Source: a virus. From it: a DNA stretch of 64,000 bases. Shown here piece after piece: positions 20,456 through 30,953 of the stretch. The stretch is taken from IMG/VR virus record IMGVR_UViG_3300031857_015401, positions 28,871 to 92,870 of that record; one strand, 5' to 3'. Each line of letters begins with the position of its first letter. Position 1 is the stretch's first letter. The notes below the pieces were generated by a model. That model did no database searches. It had not been told where the DNA came from and was given only the letters and a program-made list of their open reading frames with translations. Both the position numbers and the translations under genes were made by a program.

Positions 20456-21082
20456 ATGGGAACAGCCGAAGATTTGATGCAAAGATTAGCAGTATCAAAA
20501 AAAATAATGGAAAAACATAATGAAATAAAAAGGGGGGACGCTAGATCAATTAACCCATCGGTACAGGAATTTGAACCGGTTTCTGCAAACTATAATATAC
20601 CGCAAGAATTTATTTCTGAACAAACAACACCTAAAAGTACATATGATCCATCACAACCTTTAGATATGGATAGAATTAAAAATTCAAAATTACCTGATGA
20701 AATTAAACAACTAATGTTTGAACACCCAATAGTACAACCAAGCTCAATTGGTGCCACCGCATTGTCTGATGAAGTTATTGAGGGAGCACAAAGACTAATG
20801 GGTAAAACTAATAAAATCACAGAACAACCTAAAGAAATAAAAACCCAAACAACAAAAATTATTACTGAAAATCATACAAATTCTAATATTAATGTTTCAG
20901 AAATTAAAAATATGATTAGAGATGTTGTTAGAGATACAGTTAGAGATGTTGTTAGAGAAGAACTAAAAGATGCCGGCATGTTAGTAGAATCAACACAAAA
21001 TTCAAACGAAACAATACAATTTAAAGTTGGTCAACATTTGTTTATTGGTAAAGTAACAAAAATTAAAAAATTAGAAAAATAA
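20456..21082 (+). CDS. Hypothetical phage protein
   Basis: 208 aa; SKLPDEIKQLM motif; IRDVVRDTVRDVVREEL helix. Confidence 0.6.
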   Translation: MGTAEDLMQRLAVSKKIMEKHNEIKRGDARSINPSVQEFEPVSANYNIPQEFISEQTTPKSTYDPSQPLDMDRIKNSKLPDEIKQLMFEHPIVQPSSIGATALSDEVIEGAQRLMGKTNKITEQPKEIKTQTTKIITENHTNSNINVSEIKNMIRDVVRDTVRDVVREELKDAGMLVESTQNSNETIQFKVGQHLFIGKVTKIKKLEK

Positions 21083-21102
21083 TATTATTTGAGTATCATC
21101 TG

Positions 21103-21136
21103 AAATCCACTCCAAAAGGGTGGATTTTTTGTTTTA
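21103..21136 (+). terminator. Intrinsic terminator ending the WYL operon
   Basis: Stem aaatccact / ggtggattt followed by a T tract, 20 nt after the stop at 21082. Confidence 0.75.
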
Positions 21137-21169
21137 TATTTTTTATATTTTATTTAAATTATATTTTAA

Positions 21170-22381
21170 ATGAAAAAAATAAAAGTATTAGTACTCCCAT
21201 CAGACCGCACGGGAGTTGGAAAATTTAGGTCTGTTGATCCTCATGTAATGTTACAAAATAATCATTCAGACGAATTTCACGTAGATATTGATTACGAACC
21301 AAAAATTAATGATATAAATTATTGGAAACAATATGATATTGTTCATTTTCATAGATCCATTGGCCAAGATTATAACCAAGCACCGAATATTATTAAAAAT
21401 TTAAACGCTTTAGGTATTGTAACAATTATGGATTTGGATGATTATTGGTTACCTACTAAAGAACACCCAGTACATCAGTTAGTAGTTCAAAATAAGTTAC
21501 ATGAAAAAATTATGGATAACTTAAAAGTTGCAGGTCATGTAACGACAACAACGTCTATTTTTGCTACAGAAATATCTAAACTTAATAAGAATGTTTATGT
21601 GTTACCAAACGCAATAAATCCAAACGAGCAACAGTTTAAAGCAGAAACATTACCTTCAGATAAGTTAAGATTTGGTTGGTTAGGTGGTTCTTCACATTTA
21701 CACGACTTAAAATTATTAGACGGTACAATTAATAAATTAAAACCGTATAACGATAAGTTTAGTATGTACCTTTGTGGTTTTGATATTAGAGGTAGTGTTA
21801 CAGAAATAAATAAAGAAACTGGAGAACAAAAACAAAGACCAATTAGACCTGAAGAAACTGTTTGGGCTCGTTACGAAGAAATATTCACAGATAACTATAG
21901 AATGGTTACTCCTGAACATAAAGATTTTTTAATGAAATTTAAAGAAGAAGATTACGTTTCTGATGTCTTACCTTTCTATAATAGAATTTGGACAAAACCT
22001 GTAACGAGTTATGCTGCAAATTATAGATGGTTTGACGTTTCATTAGCACCAATTAAAAACCATATCTTTAATAGAGTTAAGTCACAATTAAAAGTAATTG
22101 AAGCAGGGTTTTATAAAAAAGCATTAATCGCATCTAATGTTGGTCCTTACACAATTGATTTAAAACATTCTTTAAAAAATGGTGAATTTACTGATGGAAA
22201 TGCGCTTTTAGTGGATGAGGTAAGAAATGGTGATTGGTCTAAATACATGAAAAAATTAATTGACAACCCTAATTTCGCGTATGATTTAGGCCAACGTCTT
22301 TATGAAACAGTTAAAGACACATACGACTTAAATAAAGTAACAAAAGATAGAGCAGAATTATATAAAACACTTGTAAAATGA
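21170..22381 (+). CDS. GT-B fold glycosyltransferase (GT4-like)
   Basis: MDLDDYW, VLPNAIN, FGWLGGSSH, DVSLAPI...FNRVKSQLKVIEAG...IASNVGPY. Confidence 0.85.
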   Translation: MKKIKVLVLPSDRTGVGKFRSVDPHVMLQNNHSDEFHVDIDYEPKINDINYWKQYDIVHFHRSIGQDYNQAPNIIKNLNALGIVTIMDLDDYWLPTKEHPVHQLVVQNKLHEKIMDNLKVAGHVTTTTSIFATEISKLNKNVYVLPNAINPNEQQFKAETLPSDKLRFGWLGGSSHLHDLKLLDGTINKLKPYNDKFSMYLCGFDIRGSVTEINKETGEQKQRPIRPEETVWARYEEIFTDNYRMVTPEHKDFLMKFKEEDYVSDVLPFYNRIWTKPVTSYAANYRWFDVSLAPIKNHIFNRVKSQLKVIEAGFYKKALIASNVGPYTIDLKHSLKNGEFTDGNALLVDEVRNGDWSKYMKKLIDNPNFAYDLGQRLYETVKDTYDLNKVTKDRAELYKTLVK

Positions 22382-23097
22382 TAAACATACCTATAACAAA
22401 AATTTTATTCTTGGATATTGAAACCGTTGGTGGTTGTCCTGATTTAGAATCTTGTGAAAGATTTAGTCCTGAAATTGCAGAACAATTTCATAAATATTTT
22501 GATTGGTTTATTAAAAGGTTTCCTGAAGATAATACAATAGGTAAATCTGAAATAGAATTAAAAAATGAGGTGTTTAAAAAGAGATCCGCTCTTGTTCCTG
22601 AATTTGCAAAAATTGTTTGTGTTTCTATGGCGTTTGTATTGGATAACGGAGAAATTAAAAAACAAACATTTTCAGGTGACGATGAAAAAGAATTATTGTT
22701 ACAAGTAAGAAATCTTTTGGATAGATGTCAAAAGTTAGATTTTTATTTATGTGGACATAATCTTAAAAATTTTGATATTCCTATGATGGCAAAAAGAATG
22801 ATTATTAATGGTATTATGCCATCAAAACTTCTTCCATCGTATGATACAAAACCTTGGGAGGTAAAAGCGATTGACACAAAAGAAATATGGCAATATGGAG
22901 CATACACGGCCATTGGATCATTAGATTTAGTTTGTTCAACAATGGGAATACCAACACCAAAAGATGGTGAAGTCACTGGAGATAAAGTTCATCACGCTTA
23001 TTGGGTGGAACAAAAATTACCACAAATTTCAGAATATTGTGAAAAAGATGTTAATGTATTAATTGAATTTATAAAAAAACTAAAAGAATTAAAGTAA
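22378..23097 (+). CDS. Stand-alone PolB-like 3'-5' exonuclease (DEDDy)
   Basis: FLDIETV, GHNLKNFDIP, YCEKDV. Confidence 0.85.
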   Translation: MINIPITKILFLDIETVGGCPDLESCERFSPEIAEQFHKYFDWFIKRFPEDNTIGKSEIELKNEVFKKRSALVPEFAKIVCVSMAFVLDNGEIKKQTFSGDDEKELLLQVRNLLDRCQKLDFYLCGHNLKNFDIPMMAKRMIINGIMPSKLLPSYDTKPWEVKAIDTKEIWQYGAYTAIGSLDLVCSTMGIPTPKDGEVTGDKVHHAYWVEQKLPQISEYCEKDVNVLIEFIKKLKELK

Positions 23098-23702
23098 TGA
23101 TTGAAAAAGTTAAAGATTTACAAAACAAATTAAAATTAATCCAAGACCTAAAATCTAGTTTTTTGGAACGTGAAGATTTTTCTGAAGATGAACCAAAAAC
23201 AATTGAAGAATTAGGTATTGATGAAGATATGATATCAAAACATTTTGAAGATCAAATGATAAAAAAAGTTTCTTTAGAATATACAAATTCTTCTGATAAT
23301 AAAGAACCTGAATACGCTTACGGGTCCGACTCTGGTTTTGATTTAAGATCAACCGAAGAATTATGGGTACAAGGAAATGATAGAAAATTAATACCGACAG
23401 GTCTAAGATTTGATATTCCTGATGGGTATGAAATACAAGTAAGAAGTAAAAGTGGTTTAGCATTAAATCAAGGACTAATGGTTTTAAATTCGCCAGGCAC
23501 TGTGGATAGTGGATATCAGGGTGAAATTAAAGTTATTTTATTTAACACAACAAAAGAAAGAATTAAAATAGAAAAGGGTCAAAAAATTGCACAAGCAGTT
23601 CTTTGTCCTGTAATTAATGGAAAATGGATTAACTTAGTTAAAGTTGAAGAGATTGGTGAGAAAGATAGAAACGATAAAGGATTTGGTAGTACTGGTTTAT
23701 GA
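23097..23702 (+). CDS. dut: Trimeric dUTPase
   Basis: SGFDL, QVRSKSG, GTVDSGYQGEI, KIAQ, RNDKGFGSTG. Confidence 0.95.
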   Translation: MIEKVKDLQNKLKLIQDLKSSFLEREDFSEDEPKTIEELGIDEDMISKHFEDQMIKKVSLEYTNSSDNKEPEYAYGSDSGFDLRSTEELWVQGNDRKLIPTGLRFDIPDGYEIQVRSKSGLALNQGLMVLNSPGTVDSGYQGEIKVILFNTTKERIKIEKGQKIAQAVLCPVINGKWINLVKVEEIGEKDRNDKGFGSTGL

Positions 23703-25336
23703 TTACAATAGGATTTTCTACAAGAAAAATTGATAATGATTTTGTTGAGTTGTTAAAAAAAACTTCAGGGATACCTAAATGTGAAATTGTACCGGTCGAA
23801 AATAACGGTCAGTTTTCATTAACTGAAGTTTATAATAAAATAATAAACGACTCTTCAAACGATATTGTGGTATTGTGTCATGATGATATATATTTTGATA
23901 CCAAAAATTGGGGAAATAAAATTTTAAACCATTTTAAAAGAAATAAAGATTATGGTGTATTAGGTTTGGCTGGAACAACTAATATGCCAAAATCAGCAAA
24001 ATGGTGGGAAGACTTTTCAAAAATGAAAGGTATTGTAAATCATGAACATGAAGGTAAAAAATGGGAATCAAAATATTCGGCAAGTAAAGGAAACCAATTA
24101 GACGACGTTGTTTTAGTTGATGGTCTTTTTATTGTTATTAACAAACAAAATATTAAAAAAAATTTTAATGAAGGCATAAAAGGATTTCATTTTTATGATG
24201 TTGATTTTTCTTTTAGAAATTTTATAGACGGTGTTAAAATTGGTGTTATGTATGATGTCAGAGTCACCCATAAATCAATTGGTCAAACAAACGAACAGTG
24301 GGAAAAAAATAGAGAGGTGTTCGCTGAAAAATATAAAGACATATTACCCGTTAAGGTTAAAAGAAATTTGAACATAGATTCACCATTAAAAGTTTTACTT
24401 TCTTGTTTATTTTTTAAAACATTTACCGGTTCAGAAATGTATGTTTATGAATTAGCAAGAGGTTTAAAAAAATTAAATTGTGATGTTACTGTTTTATCTG
24501 ACATTAATGGACCGTTATCACAAATTGCAAAATCACAAGGGATTAAAGTTTTAGGTTTTAACGACGCCCCCGGTTATAAAATGGGAGACGGAAAATGGGG
24601 ATTTAATACTCCACAAGGAGTTCAACCATCACAACCAAATATGTTATATAAAATGGGTGAGGTTGATTTTGACATTATCCATACACAACATACACCAATA
24701 ACAAACCAAATGTGTCAAATGTACCCAAACGTTGATAAAATATCAACAATACATTCTGAAGTTATAGAATTAGAAAATCCGGTTTTAAATGAATCAATCA
24801 AAAAATATATTTGTATTAGACCTGAAATACAAGAACATATTACAAATAATTTTAACATCGACATTAATAACACTGAAGTGATTTACAACCCAATAGATAC
24901 TGATAGATTTAACACAAAAAATACAAAAGACGATGGGTATATTTTATTTGTTGGGACGTTAGATTATTTAAGAGAAAACACAATTAAAGATTTAGTTGAA
25001 TATACAAAATCAATAGGTAAAGAATTTTGGTTGGTTGGTGAAAATAAATCAAACTATTTAGAAGATTTATTAAAATCAGAACACGTAAAACATTATGATG
25101 CAACAAATAAAGTTGAGAATTTTGTAAAAAATTGTAGTGAGACTGCGGGCATACTTTTAGGAAGAACAACTATTGAGGGTTGGATGTGTGGAAAACCTGG
25201 TTGGATTTATAATGTAGATGAATCTGGATATATTTTAAATAAAGAAAAGTTTGACATTCCTAAAGATATTAATAAATTTAATTCTTTAGAAGTATCAAAA
25301 AAAATAAAAGAAGAGTATATAAAAATTTTAAACTAA
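23699..25336 (+). CDS. Bifunctional glycosyltransferase: GT-A (GT2-like) fused to GT-B (GT4-like)
   Basis: N-half LCHDD, VDGLF, FHFYDVD, VTHKS; C-half TGSEMYVYELARGL, HSE, VIYNPIDTDRF, GRTTIEG. Confidence 0.85.
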   Translation: MITIGFSTRKIDNDFVELLKKTSGIPKCEIVPVENNGQFSLTEVYNKIINDSSNDIVVLCHDDIYFDTKNWGNKILNHFKRNKDYGVLGLAGTTNMPKSAKWWEDFSKMKGIVNHEHEGKKWESKYSASKGNQLDDVVLVDGLFIVINKQNIKKNFNEGIKGFHFYDVDFSFRNFIDGVKIGVMYDVRVTHKSIGQTNEQWEKNREVFAEKYKDILPVKVKRNLNIDSPLKVLLSCLFFKTFTGSEMYVYELARGLKKLNCDVTVLSDINGPLSQIAKSQGIKVLGFNDAPGYKMGDGKWGFNTPQGVQPSQPNMLYKMGEVDFDIIHTQHTPITNQMCQMYPNVDKISTIHSEVIELENPVLNESIKKYICIRPEIQEHITNNFNIDINNTEVIYNPIDTDRFNTKNTKDDGYILFVGTLDYLRENTIKDLVEYTKSIGKEFWLVGENKSNYLEDLLKSEHVKHYDATNKVENFVKNCSETAGILLGRTTIEGWMCGKPGWIYNVDESGYILNKEKFDIPKDINKFNSLEVSKKIKEEYIKILN

Positions 25337-26340
25337 TGAAAATATTATTTTGTCTTGGGACTAGGCCTGAGTGGTTAAAAATAAAACCCCTTATAAATAT
25401 TTTAGATAAAAAAAATTACGATATTTTTTTTACTGGTCAACATCAAGATTTATTAAAAGACTTAGAATTTGATTACAACGTTAATGTTATAAACAATAAA
25501 AATCGACTTGATGATATTATTATTTCATGTATGTTAAATTTTCCTACAGAAAAATACGATTACGTTTTAGTACAAGGAGACACTGGTTCTGCCTTAGGGT
25601 GTGCGTTGGCAGCATATAATAGAAAAATAAAATTAATACATTTAGAAGCAGGACTTAGAACTTATGATTTAGAAAACCCATATCCCGAAGAGTCTTATAG
25701 ACAAATAATATCAAGAATATCGTCAATTAATTTATGTCCAACAAACGTTTCTTTTAATAATTTAACAAATGAAAAAGTTTCGGGTAAAACATATGTTGTT
25801 GGTAACACTGTTTTAGATAATTTAATAGATTTAAAAGAAAAATCTAATTATGGTGATGACGTTTTAGTTACTTTACATAGAAGAGAAAACCATGACATTA
25901 TGGATAGATGGTTTTTAGAATTAAATAAACTATCAAAAAAGTACCCTAATTTAAATTTTATTTTACCAATACACCCAAACCCAAATGTTCAAAAATACAA
26001 AAACATTTTAGATAAAAAAATTAAAGTTGTTAATCCATTATCACACGGTGATTTAATTAAAATTTTATTAAATTGTAAATTTGTTATTACTGATAGTGGA
26101 GGTATTCAAGAAGAAGCAACATTTTTAAATAAAAAATCTATAGTTTGTAGAAAAACAACAGAAAGACCTGAAGGTATAAGTACCGGTCATTTATTTTTAT
26201 GTAATGAAACAAAAAATTTAGATGAGTTGGTTTACATAATTAATAAAAATTATTATATTAATAATGAATGTCCATATGGTAATGGAACTTCATCAAAGCA
26301 AATAATAGAAATTTTAAAAAATGATTACAGTAATCCTTAA
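25336..26340 (+). CDS. wecB: UDP-N-acetylglucosamine 2-epimerase (non-hydrolysing)
   Basis: GTRPE, TGQH, VQGDT, HLEAGLRT, PYPEE, TLHRREN, HPNP, TDSGGIQEEA, TERPE. Confidence 0.93.
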   Translation: MKILFCLGTRPEWLKIKPLINILDKKNYDIFFTGQHQDLLKDLEFDYNVNVINNKNRLDDIIISCMLNFPTEKYDYVLVQGDTGSALGCALAAYNRKIKLIHLEAGLRTYDLENPYPEESYRQIISRISSINLCPTNVSFNNLTNEKVSGKTYVVGNTVLDNLIDLKEKSNYGDDVLVTLHRRENHDIMDRWFLELNKLSKKYPNLNFILPIHPNPNVQKYKNILDKKIKVVNPLSHGDLIKILLNCKFVITDSGGIQEEATFLNKKSIVCRKTTERPEGISTGHLFLCNETKNLDELVYIINKNYYINNECPYGNGTSSKQIIEILKNDYSNP

Positions 26341-27049
26341 TGGTTATAAAAGATCTTCTCATTTTGAGAGACAATTAAATGCAATAAAGTCACAAACATT
26401 AAGACCTAAAGAAATAATGTTATGGCAAAATAAAGGTGAGGATTTTGAGATATCTTTAACCGAACAAACAACACACGCAAATTGTAATAAAAATTTAGGT
26501 GTTTGGGCTAGATTTGCATTTGCATTAAATGCAAAAACAGAATATGTTTGTATTTTTGATGATGACACAATACCTGGTACAAAATGGTTAGAAAACTGTT
26601 ATAATACAATACAAACAAATGATGGTTTATTAGGAACTATTGGTGTAAAATTTTTAGATAAAAATAATTACGTTTCTAATGTTAGGGTTGGTTGGGACAG
26701 ACCAAATAATCAAACAGAAGTAGTTGATATTGTTGGTCATTCTTGGTTTTTTAAAAGAGAAGATTTGGCAACTTTTTGGAGAGAGTTACCTGATTTAAAT
26801 CACAATACTTTAGTTGGTGAGGATATGCATTTTTCATACACGTTACAAAAGTACACAAATAAAAAAACATACGTTCCTCCGCACCCACCGTCTGATATGG
26901 AAATGTGGGGTAGTAAACCTGACACCGCATGGACAATTGGTACGGATTCGGCAGCAATATCAAAAGATTGGTCAAACATGAACGCTATGAACCAAGCGTT
27001 TATAGGATATATAAATAAAGGATTTAAAATATTAAAAGATAATATATGA
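26321..27049 (+). CDS. GT-A fold glycosyltransferase
   Basis: ITVILNGYKR, CIFDDD (DxD), GEDMHFS. Confidence 0.75.
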   Translation: MITVILNGYKRSSHFERQLNAIKSQTLRPKEIMLWQNKGEDFEISLTEQTTHANCNKNLGVWARFAFALNAKTEYVCIFDDDTIPGTKWLENCYNTIQTNDGLLGTIGVKFLDKNNYVSNVRVGWDRPNNQTEVVDIVGHSWFFKREDLATFWRELPDLNHNTLVGEDMHFSYTLQKYTNKKTYVPPHPPSDMEMWGSKPDTAWTIGTDSAAISKDWSNMNAMNQAFIGYINKGFKILKDNI

Positions 27050-27834
27050 AAACATTTATATCGGACTTTAATAAAATTAAAAAATTTATTGAAAATAACG
27101 TAAATTTTTCATTTACAAGATTTTCTGATGGAGAACTTTTTGTATTACAAAACAAAAGATTAGAACTTAATGAGGATCATTATATTATTGGAAACAGTAG
27201 AGGAGGTGGGTGGTACAATAAAGAAGAACAAAAAACTTTTATACCTGGTGAACATGAATTTTATAGAAAAAAATTAGAAGAGTCTCTACAATGCAATTTA
27301 CCTAATTTTTATCGTGGCATATGTACAAGACCTGATGTTGATTTAGAAACCTTTAATTGGATGGTTAATTTAGCAGGTGGAGATAGTGAAACACTTACTT
27401 GGTCTAATCTACTAATAAATGGTAATTACGAAAGATATTTAAATGAAATAGTTCCTTTATTTAAAAACAAAGAAATTATTTTTATTGTTAATGAAAGTGC
27501 TAATTTTGATAAATTACCTTTTATAGTTAAAAAAGATTTTAGAGTTGGTACAAACTGTTTTATTAATAATTATGACTTAATAGAAACAATTAAATCTTAT
27601 ATTATTGAAAACAATATTGAAAATCATTTATTTTTGGTTTCAGCGGCTAGTTTTAGTAATTTATTAATTCACGAATTACATAAATTATCAAATAAAAACA
27701 CATATTTAGAAATTGGTAGTACGTTGAATCCATTGATGGGTATGGAAGGTTGGAAAGGTAGTCGTGGTTATTTACGAGAATATTGGTTGGGTCAAAATAG
27801 AAATTATTTAAATATGGATTGTTTATGGAATTAA
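27046..27834 (+). CDS. GT-D fold-like (DUF1792-related) glycosyltransferase
   Basis: FSFTRFSDGE near the N-terminus and YLEIGS near the C-terminus. Confidence 0.6.
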   Translation: MKTFISDFNKIKKFIENNVNFSFTRFSDGELFVLQNKRLELNEDHYIIGNSRGGGWYNKEEQKTFIPGEHEFYRKKLEESLQCNLPNFYRGICTRPDVDLETFNWMVNLAGGDSETLTWSNLLINGNYERYLNEIVPLFKNKEIIFIVNESANFDKLPFIVKKDFRVGTNCFINNYDLIETIKSYIIENNIENHLFLVSAASFSNLLIHELHKLSNKNTYLEIGSTLNPLMGMEGWKGSRGYLREYWLGQNRNYLNMDCLWN

Positions 27835-28232
27835 AATTAGTTAAAAACAAAAAAAAATATTACGAATTTATTCGTAATATGAGGATACATCCTGATAACG
27901 AGTCGGGATTTTTAGAAAAAGTCAACATAACTTCAGAACAACAAGAAAATTATATGAAAAAATATAATGATTGTTATTATGTTGCCATTTTAAATGAAAG
28001 TCCTGTTGGGTATGTTGGTGTTGTTGACAATGATATAAGAATTTGTACAGACCCTTCATATAAAAAAACAGGTGCCGGAACTTTTATGTTAAATGAAATA
28101 ATGAAATTATATCCAAATGCAACTGCAAAAATATTAAAAGATAATGTTGCAAGTTTGTCTCTTTTTAAAAAATGTAATTTTACTATTGTTAATGACGATG
28201 AAAATCTTTATTATTTAAAATATGGAATATAG
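27819..28232 (+). CDS. GNAT N-acetyltransferase (PseH-like)
   Basis: PSYKKTGAGT acetyl-CoA motif and NVASLSLFKKCNF; adjacent to an aminotransferase; start may be 27825. Confidence 0.75.
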   Translation: MFMELKLVKNKKKYYEFIRNMRIHPDNESGFLEKVNITSEQQENYMKKYNDCYYVAILNESPVGYVGVVDNDIRICTDPSYKKTGAGTFMLNEIMKLYPNATAKILKDNVASLSLFKKCNFTIVNDDENLYYLKYGI

Positions 28233-28887
28233 AAGACCAAAAAACAACCCATACAAAGTTGTACAAATGTTTGAAGAGGAGGTTGCGGATTATACAGGTG
28301 CACCTTATGCCGTTTCTGTTGATAACTGTACTAATGCATTATTTTTATGTTTAAAATACTTAAAAAATGTAAATTTTTTAGATAATGCAACACCAATAAC
28401 AATACCATCTAAAACATACTTGTCTGTACCACAATCAATTATTCATGCTGGTTTTATGCCAATATTTGATACAAGGGATAAATCTAACAATTGGCAAGGA
28501 ATTTATAAATTAGAACCATTACCTATATACGATTCAGCAAAAAGATTTACATCTAATATGTACATACACGGAACATTTATGTGTTTATCTTTTCATATAA
28601 AAAAACATTTAAAGATTGGTAAAGGCGGTATGATTTTAACAGACAATAAAGATGCTGTTGAGTGGTTTAAAAAGGCTAGGTATGAAGGTCGTGGTGAAAA
28701 ACTTTACCACGAGGACGATATAGATATGTTAGGGTGGAATATGTATATGACCCCACAACAAGCATCTCACGGATTATCACTTATGCAAAATTATCCATTA
28801 AACGTTCCTGATCTTGGAGAAAATAATGGGTATAGAGATTTAACAGAATTTACTGTTTTTAAAAATTATAAAAAAATAACAAAATGA
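28222..28887 (+). CDS. Short DegT/DnrJ/EryC1/StrS-family PLP-dependent enzyme (221 aa)
   Basis: FEEEVADYTGAPYAVSVDNCTNAL, YDSA, SFHIKKHLKIGKGGMILTD. Confidence 0.8.
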   Translation: MEYRRPKNNPYKVVQMFEEEVADYTGAPYAVSVDNCTNALFLCLKYLKNVNFLDNATPITIPSKTYLSVPQSIIHAGFMPIFDTRDKSNNWQGIYKLEPLPIYDSAKRFTSNMYIHGTFMCLSFHIKKHLKIGKGGMILTDNKDAVEWFKKARYEGRGEKLYHEDDIDMLGWNMYMTPQQASHGLSLMQNYPLNVPDLGENNGYRDLTEFTVFKNYKKITK

Positions 28888-29522
28888 AAAAAATAACAAT
28901 CGAAAACAAAGAAGAGTGGAAAAAATACATAATGAAAGAAGCGAATTATTCTTTACCTGATGAATGTAGAGGTGGATTATGTGTAGATGCAGGATGTAAT
29001 ATTGGTGATTTTCCTATGAATAATAAAAATAGATTTGACAAATATATTTGCTATGACGTTTTTCAAGAAAATATAGATGAATGTAAAAAAAATACAGACA
29101 CACTTGGTTGTATTGTAGAAATACATAAAAAAGCGGTTTGGTCAGAATCTGGAAAAAAAATTAACGTTATGGCTTATAGGCAAAACGAGAATGGAGATTT
29201 ACAACATTTTGGTAATTCGGGAAATGTGGGTTGTATTGAAATTGTTGGTGATGGTGGTCAGGGATGGACTAAAGATAATGTAATCGATACTGTTGAAACT
29301 ATTTGTATAGAAGATATAAAAAAAACATATGGGAATATAAAACTGTTAAAGGTTGACGTTGAGGGGTCTGAATATAGTTTTTTACTTAACAAAGATCTAT
29401 CAAATATTGATTATATTGTTGGTGAATTTCATTTTGAAAAAGAAAAAAAAGACAATTTAGATTCTTGGATATGTAAAACACATGATAAGTTAGATGGTTA
29501 CTACAAATTAAAAACAATATAA
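28884..29522 (+). CDS. FkbM-family SAM methyltransferase
   Basis: VDAGCNIG, KAVWSE, LLKVDVEGSEY, IVGEFH. Confidence 0.85.
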   Translation: MKKITIENKEEWKKYIMKEANYSLPDECRGGLCVDAGCNIGDFPMNNKNRFDKYICYDVFQENIDECKKNTDTLGCIVEIHKKAVWSESGKKINVMAYRQNENGDLQHFGNSGNVGCIEIVGDGGQGWTKDNVIDTVETICIEDIKKTYGNIKLLKVDVEGSEYSFLLNKDLSNIDYIVGEFHFEKEKKDNLDSWICKTHDKLDGYYKLKTI

Positions 29523-29527
29523 AATTT

Positions 29528-30055
29528 ATGATTATTGGTAATGATGTCGTTATTGATGATTTTGCAACTTTTAAAAGACCCGAATTAGTTGAAATTGGTA
29601 ATCATGTATCGATAGATCATGGATTTTATTGCACAACTTCTTTAAATATTGGTGATTATGTGCACATATCACCCTATGTTACTTGTATTGGTGGGTCTCA
29701 AGGTGTTTTTATAGCAAAAGGTTTTAATAATATAATGTCGGGTGCTAGAATTATATGTAGTTCAGATAGATTTGATGATAGCGGACTTTTTGGTGCAATG
29801 ATCCCTAAAAAATATAAAGGTAAACAAATAACAAAACCAGTAATTATGGAAGAATTTTCAAATATTGGTACTAATTCTATTGTTTTACCCGGATCAATAC
29901 TTAGAAAAGGTGTATTATTAGCTGCCGGTAGTTTGTTAATTGGGGATACAGAAGAATGGGGGGTATATAAAGGTAATCCCGCAAAATTAGTTAAAAAAAT
30001 AGATGGGTCAAAAATCATAAATCAATCATTGAACTTAGGGTATAAAAATATTTAA
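29528..30055 (+). CDS. Hexapeptide-repeat (left-handed beta-helix) O/N-acyltransferase
   Basis: IGNDVVID, IGNHVSID, IGDYVHIS, IGTNSIVLPG, YKGNPAK. Confidence 0.85.
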   Translation: MIIGNDVVIDDFATFKRPELVEIGNHVSIDHGFYCTTSLNIGDYVHISPYVTCIGGSQGVFIAKGFNNIMSGARIICSSDRFDDSGLFGAMIPKKYKGKQITKPVIMEEFSNIGTNSIVLPGSILRKGVLLAAGSLLIGDTEEWGVYKGNPAKLVKKIDGSKIINQSLNLGYKNI

Positions 30056-30056
30056 T

Positions 30057-30953
30057 ATGTCAATAATAACTAATGGATTAACCCAAGACGGTTTTGGCGC
30101 TAGACTACAAAGAGCAATTAATACAATGTCATTTACATTTTACTTAAATGATAAATATAATACAAACATAGAGTATGTTCATACTCCATTTTCATATGAA
30201 GGTTTTGGTGAAGATTTTAGTTTAGGTGAAAGGGATAGGGAAATAGGAGATAATAGATACCCATACGATGAAATAACAAGAGAAGGTTATTTAAAAAGAG
30301 CAAATTTATGGGATAGTTTTGTAAACTACCAGGGTAAAATAATTACAGATATAGATTTAAATACGTACAATATAATTGATGAATTCGATTACCAATATAA
30401 TAAACTTTTTTACGATATCCATCAAGGAGAAACTAAAAATAATATTTATGTAGTCAAATATTTACAATCACAATTAAATAATGGTTTTATTAATTTTAAT
30501 AATATTGATTTTTATTATGATCAGATAAAAAAAAGAATACCGATAATAGAAAAAGAACATAACAATGAAATTATAATTCATATAAGAAGAAAAGATGCTA
30601 TTAATTTTGGGTATGATAGATTTTTATCTGATGAATATTATTTGGATTTATTAGATAAGCTTAAATCTTTTAAAGAAAAATATAAAATAACTATTCATAC
30701 ACAAAGAAAAAATTTTGATTATAATAAATATTGTGGTTGGGATATTTGTTATGACGATGAAATTGAAGACTACGACCTGTTTAAAAAAATGGTTAATTGT
30801 AAAGTTTTAGTTGTTGGTAAAAGTTCTTTTAGTATTGCAGCAGCAATGTTAAATAAAAATATTATTGTATATCCCGAACAACCAACAAGAAAACTTGATA
30901 GATGGATAAATAAAATAAACTTTTTTAATTTAATAGAAAATTATGGATTATAG
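30057..30953 (+). CDS. Fucosyltransferase-like protein (GT11/GT23 clan)
   Basis: DGFGARLQ, IIHIRRKD, VVGKSSFSIAAA. Confidence 0.6.
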   Translation: MSIITNGLTQDGFGARLQRAINTMSFTFYLNDKYNTNIEYVHTPFSYEGFGEDFSLGERDREIGDNRYPYDEITREGYLKRANLWDSFVNYQGKIITDIDLNTYNIIDEFDYQYNKLFYDIHQGETKNNIYVVKYLQSQLNNGFINFNNIDFYYDQIKKRIPIIEKEHNNEIIIHIRRKDAINFGYDRFLSDEYYLDLLDKLKSFKEKYKITIHTQRKNFDYNKYCGWDICYDDEIEDYDLFKKMVNCKVLVVGKSSFSIAAAMLNKNIIVYPEQPTRKLDRWINKINFFNLIENYGL

